IMG/VR virus record: IMGVR_UViG_3300042308_001786
Length of the DNA: 64,000 bases
Direction: 5' to 3' (one strand)
Source: an uncultured virus (IMG/VR IMGVR_UViG_3300042308_001786)
Taxonomy: Duplodnaviria; Heunggongvirae; Uroviricota; Caudoviricetes
Positions 9,508-16,524 of the stretch are shown in pieces (positions within the stretch are counted from its first letter, which is position 1; each line of letters opens with the position of its first letter). Under the pieces are notes generated by a model that saw only the letters and a list, made by a program, of their open reading frames with translations, was not told the DNA's origin and made no database searches. Made by a program: the position numbers and the translations under genes.

Positions 9508-9741
9508 ATGACAATGCCTTATTCTCTCATTGTTGATGATGAATGGGGCGTGCCTTACGCCCTCAAGACTTTTGAAACTATTCAAGACGTGCATGATGAA
9601 ATTAGAACAATGGACGAAGCATTAGACAATGTGGGGCCTGGTGCAGCGTATGCCATTCGCTGTATTATTGACCAGCTCAAAGAAATTGTTCACGAGGCTG
9701 AAGAAGAGCCTGACTTCCTTCCTGACCGTCCTGCTTTCTGA
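9508..9741 (+). CDS. hypothetical protein; paralog of 13459-13680
   Basis: Aligns by eye with the island ORF at 13459. Confidence 0.7.
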   Translation: MTMPYSLIVDDEWGVPYALKTFETIQDVHDEIRTMDEALDNVGPGAAYAIRCIIDQLKEIVHEAEEEPDFLPDRPAF

Positions 9742-9744
9742 ACC

Positions 9745-10044
9745 ATGCTGACCATTTCCACTTATCAAGACAACGGCCCGTATTTCCCTCCCACTAGAGG
9801 CCGCTACCAAGCGGCCCGTTTGAGAGACCTTCTCTTCCACGTCAGGCAAGCGATGGAGGATCGGGAAGACATTATTGCCGTCTTTGACCAGCAAGGCTCT
9901 TGCAGGGGCATCTGGCGCAGGGACGTTGAAGGTTACATAGACAGCGCTGGTGATGCCATCATTGATCACGATGGCTACGAGCTGATGCGTCCCGATACCA
10001 AAGAGCAATGGCTGTGGAAGAGGCTTCAGCAGGTAATGAAATGA
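9745..10044 (+). CDS. hypothetical protein
   Basis: 99 aa, tightly packed. Confidence 0.6.
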   Translation: MLTISTYQDNGPYFPPTRGRYQAARLRDLLFHVRQAMEDREDIIAVFDQQGSCRGIWRRDVEGYIDSAGDAIIDHDGYELMRPDTKEQWLWKRLQQVMK

Positions 10045-10199
10045 TTCTCGTAGATTTCTTCTCTGAAGATTGCTGCAAAGGTACAGAACTTGTTGAAGGT
10101 TGGTATTTCTATGCTGATGATGATGAAAGCTTTGTAGGAGGACCGTTTGCCAGCGAAGAAGCCGCCCTAAAGGCGGCTTTTGATGGCCATGGCTGGTGA
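10041..10199 (+). CDS. hypothetical protein (EGWYF...GPFASEEAA)
   Basis: ATGA overlap; recurrent small phage protein motif. Confidence 0.6.
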   Translation: MILVDFFSEDCCKGTELVEGWYFYADDDESFVGGPFASEEAALKAAFDGHGW

Positions 10200-10214
10200 A
10201 AACAAACTGAAACG

Positions 10215-10275
10215 CGGTAAGGGGACTAAACGAAAGACGGTATGGGGACTAAGCAGAATGCGGTATATTAGGAGC
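10215..10275. repeat. 23-bp-period tandem repeat CGGTA.GGGGACTAA
   Basis: CGGTA at 10215, 10238 and 10261; GGGGACTAA in the first two copies. Confidence 0.6.
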
Positions 10276-10422
10276 CGCCCCAGCCCCCCATTTTCGGCCT
10301 CGCTCATGCTTCTATGCGCCTACACGCATATGCGCATACACGCATGTCAGGAGACGCTGACATAGGGCTGTGTGCTGATATCCTGACTGATACTGATACG
10401 TATCCGTAGCAGATACTGGCCA

Positions 10423-10570
10423 TGATCATGATCATTCACGCTACTGATCATGATCACACTCTCGGTTGATCACGATCATGATCACGATGGCGCTTTGATG
10501 GGGATCCTCATCATGATCGGCTCTCGCTCTCTCTCATGATCACGATCCCGCTCTGATCATGATCATGATC
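10423..10570. repeat. GATC/TGATCA array
   Basis: 14 GATC counted in about 150 bp, many in 6-bp phase (CATGATCATGATCA). Confidence 0.85.
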
Positions 10571-10575
10571 CTGAT

Positions 10576-10636
10576 GTTAAGAGATGTGACAATACGGCTC
10601 CGCGCCTCTGGCTCCTCCTCTCCTTCTTTCTATTGT
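10576..10636 (+). promoter_or_regulatory. island promoter 1
   Basis: GTTAAGAGATGTGACA-39 nt-TATTGTCTCTGGCA; same architecture as 11703-11763. Confidence 0.55.
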
Positions 10637-10679
10637 CTCTGGCAAGGCCGCGAGGCCTCCTCTCTGTTCTCTGGCTCTC

Positions 10680-11054
10680 ATGCTCTCCCCTTCTCTCAGA
10701 GGCTCTGCCTCTCCCTCCTTCCCTCCTCTCTCTGATTTGATCGAGGCGCTCTCCTCTCTCCCATGGGAGGCGATCGCCTCTCAGGCTCTCGAGGCGCTCC
10801 TGTTCTCTCTGGCTCTCTGCCATGCTCTCACCGCTCGTCTCTGGCAGGCTCGAGGCCGTCTCGCTCCTCTCCTTCGCTCTGTAGCCTCCTCGCTCGAGCG
10901 CCTCGCCTCCGCTCTGCCAGAGCCTCTCTCCTCCTCCTCTCCTCGCGCTCTGTTGATCGAGGCTCTGACAGAGGCAGGAGAGAAAGCTCCCGCTCTGGCG
11001 AAGGCCTCCCGCTCCGCTCTCCTTCGCCGCGCATCTCGTCTCGGCCTCCTCTGA
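10680..11054 (+). CDS. low-complexity island hypothetical protein 1
   Basis: ATG after hairpin and pyrimidine leader; helical L/A/S/R-rich sequence. Confidence 0.55.
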   Translation: MLSPSLRGSASPSFPPLSDLIEALSSLPWEAIASQALEALLFSLALCHALTARLWQARGRLAPLLRSVASSLERLASALPEPLSSSSPRALLIEALTEAGEKAPALAKASRSALLRRASRLGLL

Positions 11055-11129
11055 GGCTCTGCCTCTGGCCTCCCCTCAAGGGAGGCCTCCCTCCTCTCCT
11101 TCCTTCTCTGTTCTCTCGCTCTCGCTCCC

Positions 11130-11327
11130 ATGGCTCCCACTCACGAACTCCTCGCCTCTGATCTCTCCTGGCCTCGCTTCTCCTTCTCCTCTCGTCGTGA
11201 GGCCGCTCTGTTTGCTCGCGAGCTCGAGGAGGAGCTCTCCTCCCCCTCGCTCTCTCCTGAGGCTCGAGCTGACAGAGAGGAGGCGCTCGAGGAGCTCCTC
11301 TCCCTTCTGTTCTCTCCCGTCTCCTGA
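11130..11327 (+). CDS. island hypothetical protein 2
   Basis: ATG after hairpin leader; amphipathic acidic helices. Confidence 0.55.
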   Translation: MAPTHELLASDLSWPRFSFSSRREAALFARELEEELSSPSLSPEARADREEALEELLSLLFSPVS

Positions 11328-11336
11328 GGCTCTGCC

Positions 11337-11513
11337 ATGCTCTCCTTTCTCGAGAGGCGCCTCGCCACAATCGAGCGCCTCCTCCCTCGCCTCTCAGGAG
11401 AGGCAGAGGAGCGCCTCCTCCGTGAGAGGCGCTCCCTCCTTCGCCTTCGCCATGGCATCCCACTAGGTGCCGAGCTCCCTCTCTCTGTTCGCTCTGCTGA
11501 TCTCTCCTCCTAA
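11337..11513 (+). CDS. island hypothetical protein 3 (MLSFLERRLATIERLLPRL...)
   Basis: Read manually, 58 aa, tightly packed. Confidence 0.5.
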   Translation: MLSFLERRLATIERLLPRLSGEAEERLLRERRSLLRLRHGIPLGAELPLSVRSADLSS

Positions 11514-11522
11514 GGCTCTCTC

Positions 11523-11693
11523 ATGGCTCTCCCTTCCTACTTACGAGCTCGGCTCCTCGATCGCGCGGAGGAGCTCGGCCTCGCCTCCTCTGGCCTCCCC
11601 TTTCTCCTCGAGGAGCTCGCTAGGTGGCTGCCGTCTCCCACGATCGAGGCCTTTCTCTCTGATCTCGAGGAGCTCTCCTCCTCCGATCTCTGA
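11523..11693 (+). CDS. island hypothetical protein 4 (MALPSYLRARLLDRAEELG...LLEELARWLPSPTIEAFLSDLE)
   Basis: Read manually, 56 aa, tightly packed. Confidence 0.55.
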   Translation: MALPSYLRARLLDRAEELGLASSGLPFLLEELARWLPSPTIEAFLSDLEELSSSDL

Positions 11694-11702
11694 CGGTCGT
11701 TT

Positions 11703-11763
11703 GTTGCGAAATATTTCAAGAGGAGCGGGAGGCTCTGGCCTCCCCCTCTATATCGCCTATTGT
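11703..11763 (+). promoter_or_regulatory. island promoter 2
   Basis: GTTGCGAAATATTTCA-39 nt-TATTGTCTCTGGCA. Confidence 0.5.
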
Positions 11764-11994
11764 CTCTGGCATGAGGCGAGCGATCGCCTTGCTCTCTCGC
11801 TTCCCTCTCATGGCTCTTGATCTCATCTCCGCTCTGATCATCACAAACACTCAGAGCTCCGGCGGTCGTTACGATCACGCCGGCGTTGCCTGCCTCTGGC
11901 AGGCGCTCCGCTCCTCCCTTCTCTGATCTCTCAAGGGAGGCCGCGAGGCCTCCCGCTCTCCTTCCCGCTCTCCTTCCCTCTCGCTCTCTGTCTC

Positions 11995-12234
11995 ATGCTC
12001 CGCTCTGTTCGCGCTCTCGCTCCTACCCTCGCTCTGTTCGCGGGCTCTGTAGGGTTCGGCCTCTGCACCGCTACCTACGGCTCTCGCATTGCTCTGGCTC
12101 CCTCCGCTAGAGAAGCGGCTCCCTTCGCCGCTCCCTTCGCTCTGTTCGCCTCTGCTGCTGCTGCATCCTTCGCTCTGGCTGCTGCTGCATCCTGCGATGC
12201 TGCTGAGAAGCTCTCCCGCTCCCCTCGCTCCTGA
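11995..12234 (+). CDS. island hypothetical membrane protein
   Basis: Two hydrophobic segments; ATG after hairpin leader. Confidence 0.5.
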   Translation: MLRSVRALAPTLALFAGSVGFGLCTATYGSRIALAPSAREAAPFAAPFALFASAAAASFALAAAASCDAAEKLSRSPRS

Positions 12235-12295
12235 GCTCCTGGCCTCCCCATAGGGAGGCCTTCTCTCTGTTCGCTCTCCTCTCTCCTTCCTTCTC

Positions 12296-13402
12296 ATGGC
12301 TCCCGCTCTCCTGGCTCCTCTCGCTCCCGCTCGCCTCTCTCGCGCTCCTCGCGCTCCTGAGCGCGTTCGCTCCCTCCTTTCTAGATTCGGGCTCTCCGTA
12401 GACTCTGTTCTGACGTCAGGCTCCGCGAATGCAAAGCTCGCAAAAGGGAGCGGCCTCGCCTTCTCATCGATTCTCCATCTCCTCCCCTCTCGCGGCCTCG
12501 CTCGAGCCGTCTCTCCTGGCTCTCATGCCTCTCCCGTGAGAGGAGAGCTCCCTGGCATCCGCGCTCTGGCAGACAGAGAAGGCCTCACCGCTCGAGCTCT
12601 CCTCTTTAATGCTTGCCCCTTCGCCTCAGAGGCCTGTCAGGAGCTTTGCCTCGCCTTCTCTGGCCACGGGGGAATCAGTCAGAGCGTAGGAGCCTGCAGA
12701 GCTCGCCGCTCCCTTGCTCTCCTTGCTGATCGTGAGGCCTTCGCTCTCTCCCTCCTATGGGCGGCTGGCCTCTCCTATCGCAAGGCCCGCCGTCTCGGCC
12801 TCCCCTTCGCGCTCCGCCTTAATGGCACTCAAGAACTCCCATGGCAGGAGGCCTGGCTCTCTGTTCGCCTCTCTCGTGAGGAGGCAGAGGCTCTCTCCGC
12901 TCTGTTCGGCGCTCCTATCCCTCAGGGCATCCGCACCATCCCTGAGGCTCTCGCATCTGTCCCCTTCCTTTCTCTCTACGATTATGCCAAGGCTCCCGTG
13001 TACGGACGCTCTGGCCTCCTGGCCATGAGACAGGCAGGCATCCATACAACGGCCTCTCTCGCTGCTGATCGTGAGGGAGGAGCCTCTCGCGCTCTTGATG
13101 CCGTTGAGGCAGGCTTCTCTCTGGCGGTTCCAATCCTGGCCAGCAAAGGAGAGGAGCTCCCGAGCTCCCTCCTCCTCCGCAATGACAGAGGCAGAGAAGC
13201 TCTCCTCCAGTGCATTGATGGGGATGCAAATGATCTCAGGATGCTCGATCCCGCTCCCGCTCCTGGCTTCTCTGGCCTCGCCGTCTTGCTCCGCCTCAAG
13301 CGATCAAGAGGAGCCGATCCTTCTGCGGCCTCTCGCTTCGCTCTCGCTCCTGACTCTGGCCTCATGGCAGGAGGAGGCTCCTACAGGTTCTCTCGCATCT
13401 GA
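12296..13402 (+). CDS. GP88-like protein (Cys-motif, radical-SAM-like phage family)
   Basis: NAKLAK, ACPFASEACQELCLA, LRLNGT, YDYAK and IDGDANDLRMLDP match my recollection of GP88-family motifs (NxKLxK, CPxAxxxCxxxC, RLNGTSD, YDYTK, DGDxxDLRFLD). Confidence 0.65.
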   Translation: MAPALLAPLAPARLSRAPRAPERVRSLLSRFGLSVDSVLTSGSANAKLAKGSGLAFSSILHLLPSRGLARAVSPGSHASPVRGELPGIRALADREGLTARALLFNACPFASEACQELCLAFSGHGGISQSVGACRARRSLALLADREAFALSLLWAAGLSYRKARRLGLPFALRLNGTQELPWQEAWLSVRLSREEAEALSALFGAPIPQGIRTIPEALASVPFLSLYDYAKAPVYGRSGLLAMRQAGIHTTASLAADREGGASRALDAVEAGFSLAVPILASKGEELPSSLLLRNDRGREALLQCIDGDANDLRMLDPAPAPGFSGLAVLLRLKRSRGADPSAASRFALAPDSGLMAGGGSYRFSRI

Positions 13403-13458
13403 GAAGCTCCTCCCTAAGGAGGCCTCAAGGCCTCCCGCTCTCCTCCTCTCTCCTTCCC

Positions 13459-13680
13459 ATGGCTCTCCCCCTCTCTCTCTCCGCTCCTGACGAATACGGC
13501 GTGAACCATAGCCTCGCCTCCTTCGCTTCTCTCGAGGAGGCAGAGGAGGCGCTCTCCTCCCTACTCTCAGAGCTCGAGACAGCCTCCCCCTCTCGTGCCT
13601 TCTCTCTCTCCTGCCTCATCTCCCAACTAGAGGAGCTCCTCCTCGAGGCCTCAGAGACTGAGGAGGAGCCTCTCTCGTGA
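13459..13680 (+). CDS. island hypothetical protein; paralog of 9508-9741
   Basis: DEYGVNHSLASF...CLISQLEE versus DEWGVPYALKTF...CIIDQLKE. Confidence 0.65.
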   Translation: MALPLSLSAPDEYGVNHSLASFASLEEAEEALSSLLSELETASPSRAFSLSCLISQLEELLLEASETEEEPLS

Positions 13681-13907
13681 TCCGCTCCTACCGTCTCCCC
13701 TCCCTCTCCTCTCGCTCCCTCCTCATCGTCTCCCGCTCCGCTCCTCCCCCTGGCCTCCCCCTCCTCGCTCGCTTCGCCTCATGGCGCTCTCGAGAATCAG
13801 GATGGCTCTCTCTCCTCTCCCTTCGCCTCCCTGGCCTCTGGCTCCTCCTCCTCCGCTCTCTCCCCTCTCAATCCCGCCTACGTAGGATCGGCTACCCGCC
13901 CTGCTAG
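13677..13907 (+). CDS. island hypothetical protein
   Basis: GTGA overlap with the previous stop. Confidence 0.4.
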   Translation: MIRSYRLPSLSSRSLLIVSRSAPPPGLPLLARFASWRSRESGWLSLLSLRLPGLWLLLLRSLPSQSRLRRIGYPPC

Positions 13908-14051
13908 CCCTCTCTATCCCGCCTTCTAGCCCCGCCTGCTGCTCTCTAGGGTGACAGGCTTTCGCTGTGCCTGCCTATAGTTATGGCCTGGTCAGTGGCC
14001 GCTGTGAGGGAATATCTCCTATGCGCATAGCCGCATAATATAAAAAATAAA

Positions 14052-14077
14052 GAAGGCCCCTATTTTAGGGGCCTTTT
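14052..14077. terminator. bidirectional terminator ending the island transcripts
   Basis: AAGGCCCCTA-TTT-TAGGGGCCTTTT with an A-run upstream, between convergent genes. Confidence 0.75.
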
Positions 14078-14078
14078 G

Positions 14079-14225
14079 TTATACTTTTGAGTCTAGATCT
14101 ATCGCCTCTAGTTCTTCAATCAAACGGCGTGAACGTTCGATTAATTCTTGAGTGCGACGCTGTGACTCAATATCTCGCCGCTTCAGTTCTTCTAACTGAG
14201 CAGCGAACATGTCTGCAATTGACAT
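14079..14225 (-). CDS. small coiled-coil hypothetical protein
   Basis: MSIADMFAAQLEELKRR...; promoter with TATACT and an HLR1-like box upstream. Confidence 0.55.
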   Translation of the reverse strand: MSIADMFAAQLEELKRRDIESQRRTQELIERSRRLIEELEAIDLDSKV

Positions 14226-14474
14226 AGCCTTGAGTTTGCGAGGTTCGTTACAGCATCTCTGCTGCACCTAAAGTATATAGAATCATGCGCCAGTTTTCGA
14301 CACTTTGCAACAATTCTTTATACAGTTTTGCTTATGCTTGGCATAAGCATGGCTGATGGTACTGGCGTACTAGGGAGCAGTAGTACGGCAGTAGTACAGT
14401 GGTGGGCTGGGCATACCTCCTCAAAAAGTGGAATTAAAAATGATCTACTTTTTTCACCCTCTAAGTATTTATAC

Positions 14475-14960
14475 CTACCAGTCAAGCGAATCAACGATGG
14501 CGCGTCCAACGGCTTCTGTGACTAGTTTTAGCTCTTCATGAGAGGCATTGCTTTTGATTGTATTTGCTTTGTAACTAATAATCCATACATTATCTTTTGT
14601 GTATCCTTTAGTTGGATCAATGCGATCTAGGGAGGGGCTATTTGGAAGAGGGCGATTACCATTGCCTCGTTGAGCAGACCATTCGAGCTTGGTATTGAAA
14701 ATTGGACAATGCGAGGGAACTATTGAGCGAACAAAATCATGGTCGATATTGAACGCCAGGTTTTTAGTTTTTGCTCTTTGACGGGCATTTTTAACCATGT
14801 TGGCGGTTTGCACTACCACTGGATTGCCTCTTCGGTAGTCTGCAGAGCATTCTTTGCACTGGGAACGTCGTCCATCGCGGTTATCTTTTTGAAGACTAAA
14901 TTGTTCAATATTTTTGATGATGCCGCACGTAGAGCAGCGTTTTTCCAGCAAGACAGTCAT
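14475..14960 (-). CDS. HNH-family homing-type endonuclease
   Basis: CxxC zinc finger, CPIF, SPSLDRIDPTKGYTKDNV..IS..AN.IK. Confidence 0.8.
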   Translation of the reverse strand: MTVLLEKRCSTCGIIKNIEQFSLQKDNRDGRRSQCKECSADYRRGNPVVVQTANMVKNARQRAKTKNLAFNIDHDFVRSIVPSHCPIFNTKLEWSAQRGNGNRPLPNSPSLDRIDPTKGYTKDNVWIISYKANTIKSNASHEELKLVTEAVGRAIVDSLDW

Positions 14961-15620
14961 TGACAAGAAGCATTTGCAAAACTATAACCAGCAAAAACCT
15001 AGTCGCAGCATGCCGAAAGCAAGTCTGAAAGACGCCGCTTGAGGCATTTCAGACAATTAGCTTCTCCAATGGAGACGGCCTCAAGCCGTCGGAATGACGC
15101 ACAAAATCGCGCATTTCCTTTCCATTGCCATTAGCAAAAAGGCGGCCCAAAGCCGCCGTTCAAGCTTTTAAAGATAGAAATCGCCTGTTTTTTGGCCTTT
15201 CCCAGAAGCTACGCATAGCTTGGCCGTGTCATCACATAAGACTGACACAGCTTTTTTTTGAAATTCGCCCCTCAATGGAGAGGCTCCGTCCCTTTGGGGG
15301 ACTCCGCTACTAGGACATCGGGGCTGACCTAGCCTTTTTGCCCGTCACTTCGCGCTTTGGGCGCTCCGTTAGAGGGGAGATGTCCGGGAGGGGACTAAGC
15401 GGGAGGAGCCGGGCTTGGCGTGTGCTCCGCTTACGGTAATCGTATCTCAGCCTGTGAGTAAAATGTGGGTTTTTTCGTATCATGGCGATACAAAAGCCTA
15501 AAAATCTTCACAATTTCTTAAGGATTCAGACAGTAGATGGCGGTTTGCTGAAGAATGTATTAAATAATGCATGCGCAGTTTATGAGAAGAACTAGCGTGG
15601 TAAAACTACGGACTATTCCC

Positions 15621-15812
15621 ATGTTTGGTTTGCCAGAACGCCAGCCATTTAACTATGGTCCCTATAAGCTATGGCCATGTTTCAGCAAGCCTGAGTTTCA
15701 ATGGTTCGCTGCAGTAGACGGCGCTCCTCATTATTTCCGTACGCTTAATGAAGCAAAGCTTTTTATCAAGGACAGGCTCTCCGTCGAGGACGCTGAAAAT
15801 TTGTGCGACTGA
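15621..15812 (+). CDS. hypothetical protein
   Basis: 63 aa ORF. Confidence 0.55.
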   Translation: MFGLPERQPFNYGPYKLWPCFSKPEFQWFAAVDGAPHYFRTLNEAKLFIKDRLSVEDAENLCD

Positions 15813-15913
15813 GCCAGAGTTCGGCTCACACAAAGGAGCAATTTGCCATTAGAATAGTTGGAGCGACGACGTTGGCGCGTCTCGCTCCCGGCCACCTACT
15901 ATCTCTAGATGAC

Positions 15914-16465
15914 ATGGCAAAGCTAACACGCAGGCCACTGCCTCCGCTCGATTATTTGCACGAGCTTTTTGTTGTTGACGAAACGAGCCCTAGCGGTTTA
16001 CGGCGCAATAAGACCGTTTCCGTCAATGCGCAGCAAGGCGATGTTGCGGGCTCTTATATGCCCAAGACTCGCTATTGGACCGTCAATATTACTTATAACG
16101 GAGAAAAGCGTGCCTATTACGTCCATCGACTGATCTACGCGCTAGCCACGGGCAAAAACATTGACAACATTTTTATTGACCACATTGAAACACAAGAAAA
16201 GCACAACGTGATCGAAAATCTCCGCGAGGCATCGCATAGGGAAAACATGCGCAATCGCGGCAAGTCAAAATCAAAGTACACGAGTAATTACAAATGCGTG
16301 TATTGGAACGAGAGGCGCCAAAGGTGGATTGCCAAGATGCAAGCCGATGGTAAATACATTTGGATTGGGACTTTTCACTCCGAACTTGAAGCGGCGCGAG
16401 CTTACAACGAGGCAGCCTTAAAGCATCATGGAGAATTTGCAAGTTTGAACGACGTGCCCGATTGA
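15914..16465 (+). CDS. HNH-AP2 homing endonuclease
   Basis: VHRLIY, IDH, NVIENLR..N..N and an AP2 domain (W.AKMQ..GK..WIGTF.SELEAARAYN). Confidence 0.9.
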   Translation: MAKLTRRPLPPLDYLHELFVVDETSPSGLRRNKTVSVNAQQGDVAGSYMPKTRYWTVNITYNGEKRAYYVHRLIYALATGKNIDNIFIDHIETQEKHNVIENLREASHRENMRNRGKSKSKYTSNYKCVYWNERRQRWIAKMQADGKYIWIGTFHSELEAARAYNEAALKHHGEFASLNDVPD

Positions 16466-16524
16466 TCCATGCTAGTTTGTGCTTGTTGATTTCCAAGGGG
16501 GCGCTGACCCCCTTTTGTTGTCTT

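Noticed and set aside
10423..10570. Possible CRISPR array
   Set aside because: Short 6-bp units with no repeat-spacer structure and no cas genes
10563..13619. R/E/G-rich ORFs on the minus strand and alternative + frames of the island
   Set aside because: Shadow ORFs caused by stop-codon scarcity in low-complexity DNA; promoters, leaders and protein motifs all favour the + strand set
15477..15491. NtcA box (GTATCATGGCGATAC)
   Set aside because: Spacing is GTA-N9-TAC rather than N8; it may be another palindromic site
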